From: Chitinophagales bacterium
GTDB taxonomy: Bacteria > Bacteroidota > Bacteroidia > Chitinophagales > BACL12
Direction of reading: 5' to 3'
DNA length: 64,000 nt
Assembly (NCBI GenBank): GCA_041392955.1
Contig: JAWKLB010000001.1
Coordinates: forward strand, 37,344-101,343
The translations under genes were made by a program, and so were the position numbers. Positions 53,749 to 63,111 of the stretch are shown piece by piece (the first letter of the stretch is position 1; each line of letters starts with the position of its first letter). The notes beneath the pieces were generated by a model that worked only from the letters and a program-made list of their open reading frames with translations, had not been told where the DNA came from and did not search any database.

Positions 53749-54192
53749 GTGAATACATTGAGTTACAAAACGATATCGGCGAATGATGCCACCGTCACCA
53801 GAGCATGGTGGGTGATCGACGCCGAAGATCAGACCCTCGGACGCCTGAGCACCCGGGTGGCAGCGATCCTGCGTGGCAAGAATAAGCCATATTATACTCC
53901 CCACACCGATTGTGGCGATTATGTGATCATCATCAATGCCGAAAAGGTGCGCCTTACAGGTAATAAAATGATGGACAAGGAGATCGACTGGTATACCGGT
54001 TATCCCGGCGGCCGCAAAGTGGCCAACCCGAAGACCGTTCTCTCCAAGCACCCTGAAAAATTGCTCGAACGCTCTATCAAAGGCATGTTGCCCCACACTA
54101 AATTGGGTCGTGCCATGTATAAAAAATTATTCGTGTATGCCGGTGCAGAACATCCGCATGCAGCACAAAAACCTCAAACATTAAAATTTTAA
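53749..54192 (+). CDS. rplM: 50S ribosomal protein L13
   Basis: WWVIDAEDQTLGRLSTRVAAILRGKNKPYYTPHTDCGDYVIIINAEKV is canonical L13. The start codon is GTG. Confidence 0.9.
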   Translation: MNTLSYKTISANDATVTRAWWVIDAEDQTLGRLSTRVAAILRGKNKPYYTPHTDCGDYVIIINAEKVRLTGNKMMDKEIDWYTGYPGGRKVANPKTVLSKHPEKLLERSIKGMLPHTKLGRAMYKKLFVYAGAEHPHAAQKPQTLKF

Positions 54193-54195
54193 TGC

Positions 54196-54582
54196 ATGGA
54201 TGTAATTAATGCAGTAGGACGCAGAAAAAATGCTGTTGCGCGTGTATTCCTCCGCAAAGGAAAAGGAAATATCACGGTGAACGGCAAAGACTACAAAGTA
54301 TACTTTGCAGCAGAACACCTCTTACATAATATCACTGACCCACTGGAAACTGTTTCCATGACCGGCGATTTTGACATCACGGTGAACGCAACAGGCGGTG
54401 GCATAAAAGGACAGGCCGAAGCAGTAAGATTGGGCATTTCCCGCGCGTTGGTAAAACTCAATGAAGAGTTGAAACCGGCATTGAAAGCAAAGGGATTCCT
54501 CACACGCGACAGCCGTATGGTTGAACGCAAGAAATTCGGTCTGCACAAAGCACGCCGCGCTACGCAATTCTCTAAACGTTAA
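54196..54582 (+). CDS. rpsI: 30S ribosomal protein S9
   Basis: [20 protein letters not shown]... with the C-terminus [26 protein letters not shown] is canonical S9. Confidence 0.9.
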   Translation: MDVINAVGRRKNAVARVFLRKGKGNITVNGKDYKVYFAAEHLLHNITDPLETVSMTGDFDITVNATGGGIKGQAEAVRLGISRALVKLNEELKPALKAKGFLTRDSRMVERKKFGLHKARRATQFSKR

Positions 54583-54600
54583 AAGGAAAAGGGACAAGAC

Positions 54601-55467
54601 ATGGAAAAATTATCATATGATCAGCTTTTGGAGGCGGGTGTGCATTTTGGCCATTTACGCAAAAAGTGGAATCCGAAAATGTTGCCTTATATCTTCATGG
54701 AGAAGAAAGGTATTCATATCATCGACCTCTATAAGACCTTAGATAAATTGGAAGAAGCTGCAGCCGCATTAAAAAATATTGCACGCAGTGGTAAAAAGAT
54801 CATGTTCGTTGCAACGAAAAAGCAGGCGAAGGAGATCATGGAAGAGCAGGCGCGCCGCGCAGGTATGCCATTCGCTACAGAGCGTTGGCTCGGTGGTATG
54901 CTCACCAACTTTACAACGATCCGCAAGAGCATTAAAAAACTGCAAACCATTGAGAAAATGTTGTCTGATGGTTCTGCAGAGAATATGACCAAGAAAGAGC
55001 GTCTGGTGCTGAGCCGCGAACGCGATAAATTGGAAAGAGTGATCGGTGGTGTGGCTCAACTCAATCGCCTTCCCGCTGCATTACTTCTTGTAGATATCGG
55101 TCATGAACATATCGCAGTTGCTGAAGCGGAAAGATTGAACATCACTACCATCGGTATGGTGGACACGAATTGCGATCCGAACAAAGTTGACTTTGCTATC
55201 CCTGCAAATGACGATGCCGCAAAATCTATTGCCATTATAGTGAAATATCTTACGACCGCCATCATGGAAGGTCTCGAAGAGCGCGCTAAGAACAAAGAAG
55301 AGATCGAAGCAGAACGCCACGACAGGGAAGATATGGAAAATGAAGATGGTGAAATGGGCGTTGGTGAGGACGAAGAAAAGGATAAGGACGACAGCGGTAA
55401 AAAATTCCGCGGCAAAAATGACAAACGTCCCGCAGCAAAAAGACCACTTCGCGAAAAAAGAAGATAA
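54601..55467 (+). CDS. rpsB: 30S ribosomal protein S2 (with charged C-terminal extension)
   Basis: LLEAGVHFGHLRKKWNPKMLPYIF....GIHIIDL is canonical S2. The last roughly 55 aa are an acidic then basic tail. Confidence 0.9.
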   Translation: MEKLSYDQLLEAGVHFGHLRKKWNPKMLPYIFMEKKGIHIIDLYKTLDKLEEAAAALKNIARSGKKIMFVATKKQAKEIMEEQARRAGMPFATERWLGGMLTNFTTIRKSIKKLQTIEKMLSDGSAENMTKKERLVLSRERDKLERVIGGVAQLNRLPAALLLVDIGHEHIAVAEAERLNITTIGMVDTNCDPNKVDFAIPANDDAAKSIAIIVKYLTTAIMEGLEERAKNKEEIEAERHDREDMENEDGEMGVGEDEEKDKDDSGKKFRGKNDKRPAAKRPLREKRR

Positions 55468-55502
55468 TAGATCCTGACGACAGGGTATTGTAAACAATAT
55501 GG

Positions 55503-55532
55503 AAACCCTGCCTCAACAGGCAGGGTTTTTTT
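55503..55532 (+). terminator. Rho-independent terminator/attenuator between rpsB and tsf
   Basis: AAACCCTGCC-TCAACA-GGCAGGGTTT runs into a T-run. Confidence 0.85.
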
Positions 55533-55553
55533 AAAAAGTAAATACTAGATACA

Positions 55554-56381
55554 ATGATAACTGCAAGTGATGTAAACAAATTGCGCCAGATCACTGGCGC
55601 AGGTATGATGGATTGTAAAAAAGCACTTACGGAAACGAACGGTGATTTTGAAGCAGCCATTGATAATTTGAGAAAAAAAGGACAAAAAGTTAGTGAGAAA
55701 CGTGCCGACCGTGAAACCAAAGAAGGAGCTGTTATCGCACTGATAAGTGCAGATGCTTCTTATGGTATAATTATGGGTTTGGGTTGCGAGACCGATTTCG
55801 TAGCAAAAAATGATGATTACGTGCAATTTGCAAATGCTGTTGCTCAACGCGCACTGGAAGCAAAACCTGCCGACAGGGAAGCATTGCTCGCACTGCCTAT
55901 GGAAAGCAGCACCGTTGCTGAACAAATTGCTGAACAGATCGGTAAGATCGGCGAGAAAATAGAGATCACCGATTATGGTATGGTACAAGGTGAAACAGTT
56001 GTTGCATATAACCACAGCAACGGAAAAGTTGGCGTGCTGGTCGCATTGAACAAAAAAGGCGATGCAGTGGAAGCTGCCGGTAAAGATATTACCATGCAAA
56101 TCGCAGCAATGGCACCAATAGCCATTGATAAAGACGATGTGCCTGAAGAAGTGAAAGCACGCGAATTGGCTATCGGCCGTGAGCAGGCACTTGCTGAAGG
56201 CAAACCGGAAGCTATTTTGGACAAGATTGCAAATGGCAAGTTGGAGGCATATTACAAAGATGCCACCCTCTTAAATCAGAAATTCGTGAAGGATGCGACC
56301 AAATCCATCCGCGACGTACTCAGCGGCGTGGAGAAAGACCTGACGGTGATCGCCTTCGTACGCGTTGCCATTGGGGCCTGA
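55554..56381 (+). CDS. tsf: Translation elongation factor Ts
   Basis: ITASDVNKLRQITGAGMMDCKKALTETNGDFEAAIDNLRKKG is the canonical EF-Ts N-terminus. Confidence 0.9.
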   Translation: MITASDVNKLRQITGAGMMDCKKALTETNGDFEAAIDNLRKKGQKVSEKRADRETKEGAVIALISADASYGIIMGLGCETDFVAKNDDYVQFANAVAQRALEAKPADREALLALPMESSTVAEQIAEQIGKIGEKIEITDYGMVQGETVVAYNHSNGKVGVLVALNKKGDAVEAAGKDITMQIAAMAPIAIDKDDVPEEVKARELAIGREQALAEGKPEAILDKIANGKLEAYYKDATLLNQKFVKDATKSIRDVLSGVEKDLTVIAFVRVAIGA

Positions 56382-56408
56382 TAGGTATTTTGTAAATTTT
56401 ATGATAAT

Positions 56409-56435
56409 CGTGCCACAGATCGCCTCTGTGGCACG
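56409..56435 (+). terminator. Stem-loop after tsf (no T-run)
   Basis: CGTGCCACAG-ATCGCCT-CTGTGGCACG is a perfect 10-bp stem. It lacks a U-tract, so its terminator function is only inferred. Confidence 0.55.
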
Positions 56436-56531
56436 TCTATGTACCGGAAATGGTGATTTCATTACCCAGTTTCTTAACAGCACGGACTGAATTTTTTATC
56501 TTAGCATGTCGAATTGAAACCTTTTAGTGCC

Positions 56532-59500
56532 ATGAATCATACACAACGTTCCCTGTTGGTATTGCTTTGCCTATTGCCTTCCCTTATTTGGGCAAACCAA
56601 AATACCATATCGGAAAATTCCGTTTCGGGGAATTCTTCTGCAGTATTTATTGAAAATAATGGTCAGATAACACATCCCGATGGATCTGCTGCATCCGAAG
56701 TGCTTTATACCCTGCGCACAGCCGGATTGCAGGTGTTCGTATATAAAAATGGCCTGAGCTATCAGCTGAGTGCTAAGGGCGATCAGGTCGACCATTCGGC
56801 CATGTTGCCCGGTATCGATGCAGATCTTGCGGATATGGTGGTGCATGCATCCGAGCGCACAGTGCGCTTTAATGTGATCCTGGAAAATGCCAACATGCTC
56901 GCACGTGTGGAAGCGCTGGAAAATACGCCCTATGTGGAACAATATTTCACTGCGAAAGATCAAAATCAGATCCGCGCAGGCAGTTGCAAAAAACTGATCG
57001 TGCACGATATCTACCCCGGAATTGATTGGGTATTATATGTCAGGGATAATACGATCAAATACGATTTTATTGTTGCTCCCGGTTCTGATCCGGCACAAAT
57101 ACGATTTTTAGTGGAGGGTGCAGATGCTATCAGCACACCGCAAAAAGATATTTTACAATATAGTACTACTCTTGGAGATGTTCGCGATGCACATCTTTCT
57201 TGTTCATTACAGGAAGATAATATGCCTGTGGATGCATCCTTTATTGTAGAGCAACAGGTTGTGCGTTTTGATGTTGCAGATTACGACAGAAAAAAAACGC
57301 TGGTCATCGATCCCGAATTGGAATGGTCAACTTTTTATGGTGGAGAAGGTGAAGATGCGATCAACGGTATCACCATTTCACAAGATGGCTTCTTGTATTT
57401 TACCGGCTATACACACAGCTCTACGAATATGGCCTACCTGGGATATCAAATGACATATGGCGGGGGCAATTTCGACATGTATTTTGTCAAAATGGATACC
57501 CTGGGAAACAGGATATGGGGAACCTATTTTGGTGGTTCAGAAGGTGACTATGGCACTGGTGTGAACGTAGATATCGATGGCAATTTATTGGTAAGCGGAT
57601 TTTCATACAGCCCCGATTTTCCAACTACACCTGGCGCATTTCAAACGGCATTCGGAGGGAATATCGACGGCGTCCTCATAAAAGCAACAACAGATGGGGA
57701 GATCCTTTTTGCCACTTTATTTGGAGGCAGCGGTGTGGAATATATGCGTTCCGTTTCTTCAGATAGTGAAGGCAATATTTATATAGGTGGTTCTGCAAGC
57801 AGCGACTCACTGGGTTACGGTGCTTCGGCACATCAGATATACGTTGGCGGTTTAAGCGACGAATGTTTGGTGAAATTCGATAGTGACGGTAATAGAATCT
57901 GGGCGACCTATCTCGGTGGAACCGGCGACGATTATAGCCGCGCGGTTGGTGTTGACCTGGAAGATAATGTATATCTGGGTGGTATAGCCACCAGTGCAAA
58001 CGGCATCTGGTTCGGTGTTGGTTATGATTCTACCTGGTTCAATAATAATGATGGTACGGTTGCCAAATTTGATACTGCCGGCACCTTGCTTTGGTCAACC
58101 TATTATGGCGGGAATGGTGATGATAATGTGAATGGCCTTGCCTTCGACGAACATAATAATGTATATGTTGCCATGCAGGCCGGAAGTAAAAACGGTTTGG
58201 CATATAACGGATACCTGAATTTCGGTTTCGGGAAAGTGGACGCTGTATTAATAAAATTCAAACCGGATGGTATTCGCGAATGGGCAACCTATTATGGTGG
58301 TTCATTTGAGGATATGGGTAAAGCAGTTGCCGTGTATCAGGACAGAGTATATCTGGTTGGTCACTCCTATAGTTCATTTGGTGTGGCTGTAGGTGGTTAT
58401 CAAAATTATTTGGTCGGATTTGGCGATGCAATGATCGTTCGTTTCGATACAACGGGAGCGTTTTATTGGGGGTCTTATGCCGGCGGTTATGATGTGGATT
58501 ATGGGCGTGGTGTTGCTGTGAGTTCCGAGGGTACCATTTATATGGGTGGTAAAACCTTCAGTTATACATTTCCTACTACCGACGGCGCCTATCAGGAAGT
58601 ATTTGGAGGTGATCCGGCCGATGGCTTTATCCAAAAAATAAGTGAGTGCCCGGGCACCTGGTATTATTTTGATTATGATGGAGATGGATACGGGAATTCC
58701 TTTTTTCCTGTATTTGCATGTAGTCCGCCGCTCGGATATGTGTTGAACGATGGCGATTGTAATGATTTTTTGGCCTCCATACATCCCGGTGCAGCCGAAA
58801 TATGTAACGACCTGGATGATGATTGTGATTTTCTGGTAGACTCAGATGATCCGGATGCCGTTGGAGAACCCATTTGGTATTTTGATGGCGATGCCGATGG
58901 TTATGGTGATGTGAATAATACAACCGCGGCTTGCGAGGTACCCGCATTATATGTTGCCGATTCAACTGATTGTAATGACACCATGAATACCATCTATCCT
59001 GGTGCAACGGAAGTATGCAATGGGTTAGATGATGATTGCGATGCAATGGTAGATGAAGATGTGATCGTTGCTGCTATAACTGCGGGCGGACCTACCACTT
59101 TTTGTAAAGGCGATCATGTTACCCTGAATGCAAATACAGGTGTTGGTTATCTCTATCAGTGGAAGCGGAATGGAAATATTATTCCGGGTGCAATTACCGG
59201 TTCTTATGCTACGAACAAGGGTGGGAACTATACCGTGGATGTTACCCTGCCGGGTGGTTGCGCCGATCTGTCCGACATTACTACGGTTACGGTGTTGACG
59301 AAACCAAGCGCGAATATTGTCGCAATGAACGATACGGATATTTGTGTATTGGGTTATTGCAAATTGAAAACAAACAGCAGCCCCGGATTTACTTATCAAT
59401 GGTTTTGGTATGGTTCACCAATTCCGGGCGCTACCAATAATATCCTGAACGCCATTTTTACAGGTCCGCATTATGTGCGTGTAACCAATGCATCCGGTTG

Positions 59501-59816
59501 TTCAAAGAATTCGGCAACCATAAACCTTACATCCAGTTGTAAGTTATCAGATGAGAACACTCCGGAACTGTCCATATTCCCGAACCCGGCATCCAATGAT
59601 CTGTATGTGCAACTGCATGGTATACCATCTGCACAAGATGCATGGGTCTCCATGTATAACGCTATAGGAGAATTGGTATACTCCGGTCAAACAGAGGTGA
59701 ACAACGGAGAGCTGGATCTGTATCTCAACGTATCTGCATTTGTGCCCGCTTCAAATTATTTCATACGCATAGAAGCCGGCGGAAACGTATATACCGGACA
59801 GTGGACGAAGCAGTGA
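56532..59816 (+). CDS. T9SS-secreted SBBP-type beta-propeller repeat protein with MopE-like metal-binding motifs and two Ig-like modules
   Basis: The start is at ATG 56532 (MNHTQRSLLVLLCLLPSLIWA). It has repeats of YFGGSG.D.G..V.VD..GN.Y..G.T.S..FPTT, and DGDGYG...CNDLDDDCD three times. The module FCKGDHVTLNAN...YQWKRNGNIIPGA is shared with 5375-7540. The C-terminus LSIFPNPASNDLYVQL is a T9SS CTD. Confidence 0.8.
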   Translation: MNHTQRSLLVLLCLLPSLIWANQNTISENSVSGNSSAVFIENNGQITHPDGSAASEVLYTLRTAGLQVFVYKNGLSYQLSAKGDQVDHSAMLPGIDADLADMVVHASERTVRFNVILENANMLARVEALENTPYVEQYFTAKDQNQIRAGSCKKLIVHDIYPGIDWVLYVRDNTIKYDFIVAPGSDPAQIRFLVEGADAISTPQKDILQYSTTLGDVRDAHLSCSLQEDNMPVDASFIVEQQVVRFDVADYDRKKTLVIDPELEWSTFYGGEGEDAINGITISQDGFLYFTGYTHSSTNMAYLGYQMTYGGGNFDMYFVKMDTLGNRIWGTYFGGSEGDYGTGVNVDIDGNLLVSGFSYSPDFPTTPGAFQTAFGGNIDGVLIKATTDGEILFATLFGGSGVEYMRSVSSDSEGNIYIGGSASSDSLGYGASAHQIYVGGLSDECLVKFDSDGNRIWATYLGGTGDDYSRAVGVDLEDNVYLGGIATSANGIWFGVGYDSTWFNNNDGTVAKFDTAGTLLWSTYYGGNGDDNVNGLAFDEHNNVYVAMQAGSKNGLAYNGYLNFGFGKVDAVLIKFKPDGIREWATYYGGSFEDMGKAVAVYQDRVYLVGHSYSSFGVAVGGYQNYLVGFGDAMIVRFDTTGAFYWGSYAGGYDVDYGRGVAVSSEGTIYMGGKTFSYTFPTTDGAYQEVFGGDPADGFIQKISECPGTWYYFDYDGDGYGNSFFPVFACSPPLGYVLNDGDCNDFLASIHPGAAEICNDLDDDCDFLVDSDDPDAVGEPIWYFDGDADGYGDVNNTTAACEVPALYVADSTDCNDTMNTIYPGATEVCNGLDDDCDAMVDEDVIVAAITAGGPTTFCKGDHVTLNANTGVGYLYQWKRNGNIIPGAITGSYATNKGGNYTVDVTLPGGCADLSDITTVTVLTKPSANIVAMNDTDICVLGYCKLKTNSSPGFTYQWFWYGSPIPGATNNILNAIFTGPHYVRVTNASGCSKNSATINLTSSCKLSDENTPELSIFPNPASNDLYVQLHGIPSAQDAWVSMYNAIGELVYSGQTEVNNGELDLYLNVSAFVPASNYFIRIEAGGNVYTGQWTKQ

Positions 59817-59831
59817 TGGGAAAGGAATAAG

Positions 59832-59909
59832 AAATGTCCGCCGGTAGGCGGACCACCCGTAGGGTGGAGGAATCAGTAATCAGTAATCAGTAATAAGTAA
59901 TAGTTAATA
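59832..59909 (+). repeat. Second copy of the GC-rich double hairpin, followed by (AGTAATC)6
   Basis: AAATGTCCGCCGGTAGGCGGACCACCCGTAGGGTGGA lies at 59832-59868 and has one substitution versus 9688-9724. Heptamers AGGAATC AGTAATC AGTAATC AGTAATA AGTAATA GTTAATA lie at 59868-59909. Confidence 0.85.
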
Positions 59910-59942
59910 CTTCATTTGACAATAAGATTTATCATTCTTATA

Positions 59943-60012
59943 AGTACTCATTATTTCATCAGTCCTAACGCTTAACACCTAACCCCTAACCCATAACTCT
60001 TAGCCCATAACC
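59943..60012 (+). repeat. AGTACT anchor plus C-rich telomere-like heptamer array, inverted copy of 23288-23357
   Basis: AACACCTAACCC(CTAACCC)ATAACTCTTAGCCC matches the reverse complement of 23296-23327, except for one extra heptamer and one substitution. Confidence 0.8.
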
Positions 60013-60081
60013 CCCTTCCCTCCACCGAAGCAAAAAACATTTTCAGTAATCATACACACTCTTAGTAGCACCCCGACCAAT

Positions 60082-63000
60082 TTATTTTACCCATATCTCA
60101 TCACAAAATATCCATCTCGGATTGCCGGAACCCGGATGCCATTCCGGTATGTTGCCTCTGCCTTTTGCAATGAATTTGATGTATCTGCAGGTAACAGGTT
60201 TGGAGAGATCTATTTCCATATCATCAAGCTTTCCGGAAGTATTATCTTGTTCGGCCGTTGTATTTTCTTCTGTTCCTATTGTTTTATATTCCTGGCCATC
60301 CGTTGAAACCTGGATCTCCAGTGCCTCCGGCATCCAGATCCAGCTTCCGATATCTTGTAAAAATCCGGCGCCTGCCGACATGATCGGTGTTTCTGATCCA
60401 AGATCGAGGATAACGATCATATCGTTTCCCTGCCAGCCCTGCCACATACCTGTGCGAAAATCATTTCCGCCCCGCACGCCATCAACCAATGTAGTTGCGC
60501 CTCCACCGGTATATTGATGTGCATACTGTGTTTCATATTGCACAGAGTAATTATTGTTGAGTTTATGTAAAACGGTTTTGATGACAGCACTCGTGTTTTC
60601 CTTTTTATTGATCGTGATCGCACGAATAGTTGCGGAGCTATCCATAGTGAACGGTTTGGCATATAGTATACCGTTTTGTGCAGGATCAGAACCATCCGTC
60701 GTAAATAAAATGGCACAATCAGCACATAATGTGTGCATGCTGATCGTTGTGCTATCTGAAAATACGGTATGTGACGATTGGATGACCGGTGCAAAGGGGA
60801 TGTCACTGCTGAAATAATTTTCTGAGAATTTACCCCAATTCTTATTCGGTTCAGTGCCAAGTGTGAAAATGATCCTGGCGCCATCCAAAAGTTCCTGATG
60901 TGTAAGCAGCACATTTTTTCTGGCTTTGCCGTTCACTGTAATATCCTGAATATACTTATTGCGCTCATCCGGCTCATTAGCATAAATGGCTACCATTTTT
61001 CCATCAGCGGGGTGCAGATCTACACGGTCAAAAATCGGTGTGCCGAAAACGTAGGTCGGTTTACCGGGACATTCCGGATAAAAACCCATGGCGCTGAAAA
61101 CATACCAGGCACTCATCTGTCCGCAATCTTCATTGCCGATAAGGCCATCCGGTGCATTGGTATAAAATGTATACATGATCTGCGCGGTGCGCTCCTGTGT
61201 TTTATACGCAGCATTGCAGAAATCATACATGTATGCAATATGATGGCTGGGTTCATTGCCATGCGCATATTGTCCGATCAATCCTGTTATATCTGATTGA
61301 TCTCTGCCGGTTGTTTCCTGCGGCGCTGTAAACAATCCGTCCAATTTCTTTTCCATCGCTTCGGCCGAGCTGTATTCACCCATATATGCAGGCACATCAT
61401 GCGGAAAGAAAAAATGATATTGCCATGCGTTCGCTTCTGTATAGTTGAAATTCACTTCCCGCGGATCAAAAGGTGTGTACCAGCCTCCATTGTACCTCGG
61501 CCTGATAAAATCACCATCGAACAGATTGAGATAATTTTTACCGCGCAACCAGTAATTCCAATATTGACTGTCTTCACCTGCAATTACCTTGCGCAACTGT
61601 GCAATACACCAATCATCATAGGCATATTCCAGAGTTCTGCTCACCGACTCAGAAGCATCATTGCTTTCAATGAATCCTTTTGCTTTGTAATCTTTTAATC
61701 CGAAAATCTGCAGATTGGCAGAGTGTAGAACAGCATCCCAAGCGGTATCCAGATTGAAACCACCGATACCTTTAACTGCGGCATCTGCAATAACAGGCAC
61801 CGCATGGTAACCGATCATACATTCCGTTTCATTGGAGCTCAATTCCCATACGGGTAATTTTCCGCCCTGTTCATATTCTTTGAGAAAGGTTTGAATAAAA
61901 TCAGTGGTCCTTTTGGTGTCTAAAATGGTCAGCAATGGATGCAAGGCACGAAATGTATCCCACAAGGAGAAAACCGTATAATAGTCAAATCCCTCTGCGG
62001 TATGTATCTGCATATCTCTGCCTCGATATTTGTGATCCACATCCATATATAAATTCGGAGCGATCATACAGTGATATAAAGCAGTATAGAAAATAACCAT
62101 TTTGTTGGAAGGATCTGTTAACGGCAGTTTTACATCTGCACCATCTTGTACTATGATCCTTTCCAGTTCATTTTCCCAGACTGTGTTTGCTTGAGTACGG
62201 ATCGCATCAAAATCCCACCCGGGGTTTTCTGCATGCATATTGTTCCATGCACCCGCACAGGATACTGCTGAAAGAGCTACTTTGATATACAATGGCTTAC
62301 CATTGTTATCTGAGAAACCAAAGGAACCCTTCAATGCTGTGCCACTCAGAATATTGGAAAGAAAATAACCCGGACTTGTCTGCAGATCTATGCTGTCGCT
62401 CTGCAACTCCGAGCGGATGAACGGTTCAGAAAATTCTATGGCAAAATACAACCACTGGTCGCCGGCCCAGGATTTACTTCTGCGCAAACCCTGGATCTTG
62501 GTTGGGCTGATCAACTCGATATATGTTCCATCCAATAATTTATCGCGATGCGTGAGGTCGATGACGATATTTCGTTTCCCTTTTTTGCTGAAAGTATATT
62601 TATGCATGCCCGTTCTGAGTGTGGTGGTCATCTCAGCGAAAATGGAATCGTCTTCCAGCAATACACTATAATATCCCGGCGCGGCGGATTCGTTGGCATG
62701 ATGAAATAAAGAAGCGTATCCTTTTTTGGGGTCGTTATCCGCAATATTTTGTAAAAGCGGAGTTCCCGACATGGGCATCAACAAAATATCACAATAATCC
62801 GGTACGCCGGTTCCGCTCAGATGCGTGTGTGAGAAACCGTAGATGATGCTATCAGAATAATGATAGCCACCGCATGCATCCCAGTCGTAATATCCATCGG
62901 GCCTGGTATCCGGACTCAACTGTACCATCCCGAAAGGCATAGTTGCCCCGGGAAAGGTATGGCCATGTCCGCCGGTCCCGATGAACGGGTTGACATATTG

Positions 63001-63111
63001 TGTCACCTGTGCAACAGAAGTGCCGGTAATACAAACTAAGCAAATACAAAAAACAGCGAAGCGGTTGTGGTTTTTCCGAGTGTTGCTGTCAGGTTTTAGC
63101 ATCCAGTTCAT
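60082..63111 (-). CDS. GH92 family alpha-mannosidase with C-terminal CHB_HEX_C-like and F5/8 type C (discoidin) domains
   Basis: VNPFIGTGGHGHTFPGATMPFGMVQLSPDT is the GH92 N-terminal hallmark. Later motifs include GNEPSHHIAYMY and DCGQMSAWYVF. FTTDGSDP and a discoidin-like tail follow. Confidence 0.9.
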   Translation of the reverse strand: MNWMLKPDSNTRKNHNRFAVFCICLVCITGTSVAQVTQYVNPFIGTGGHGHTFPGATMPFGMVQLSPDTRPDGYYDWDACGGYHYSDSIIYGFSHTHLSGTGVPDYCDILLMPMSGTPLLQNIADNDPKKGYASLFHHANESAAPGYYSVLLEDDSIFAEMTTTLRTGMHKYTFSKKGKRNIVIDLTHRDKLLDGTYIELISPTKIQGLRRSKSWAGDQWLYFAIEFSEPFIRSELQSDSIDLQTSPGYFLSNILSGTALKGSFGFSDNNGKPLYIKVALSAVSCAGAWNNMHAENPGWDFDAIRTQANTVWENELERIIVQDGADVKLPLTDPSNKMVIFYTALYHCMIAPNLYMDVDHKYRGRDMQIHTAEGFDYYTVFSLWDTFRALHPLLTILDTKRTTDFIQTFLKEYEQGGKLPVWELSSNETECMIGYHAVPVIADAAVKGIGGFNLDTAWDAVLHSANLQIFGLKDYKAKGFIESNDASESVSRTLEYAYDDWCIAQLRKVIAGEDSQYWNYWLRGKNYLNLFDGDFIRPRYNGGWYTPFDPREVNFNYTEANAWQYHFFFPHDVPAYMGEYSSAEAMEKKLDGLFTAPQETTGRDQSDITGLIGQYAHGNEPSHHIAYMYDFCNAAYKTQERTAQIMYTFYTNAPDGLIGNEDCGQMSAWYVFSAMGFYPECPGKPTYVFGTPIFDRVDLHPADGKMVAIYANEPDERNKYIQDITVNGKARKNVLLTHQELLDGARIIFTLGTEPNKNWGKFSENYFSSDIPFAPVIQSSHTVFSDSTTISMHTLCADCAILFTTDGSDPAQNGILYAKPFTMDSSATIRAITINKKENTSAVIKTVLHKLNNNYSVQYETQYAHQYTGGGATTLVDGVRGGNDFRTGMWQGWQGNDMIVILDLGSETPIMSAGAGFLQDIGSWIWMPEALEIQVSTDGQEYKTIGTEENTTAEQDNTSGKLDDMEIDLSKPVTCRYIKFIAKGRGNIPEWHPGSGNPRWIFCDEIWVK

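Noticed and set aside
53389-54096. 235-aa minus-strand ORF spanning the peptidase/rplM junction, and similar antisense ORFs at 55081-56099, 35698-36408, 37420-38229 and 38905-39738
   Set aside because: Each lies antisense to a confidently identified gene (ribosomal proteins, EF-Ts, YdeI, serine hydrolase/DHFR, delta-60 protein). Several cross intergenic terminators.
55467-55553. rpsB-tsf spacer hairpin as an unusual regulatory element
   Set aside because: It is a standard stem plus T-run. An attenuating terminator between rpsB and tsf is a well-known arrangement, so nothing is unusual here.
63089-63111. 23-nt overlap between the ROK kinase stop and the GH92 start as a sign of mis-annotation or fusion
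   Set aside because: An alternative Met three codons downstream (MLKPD...) reduces the overlap. Short same-strand overlaps are common, and both proteins are complete and unrelated.
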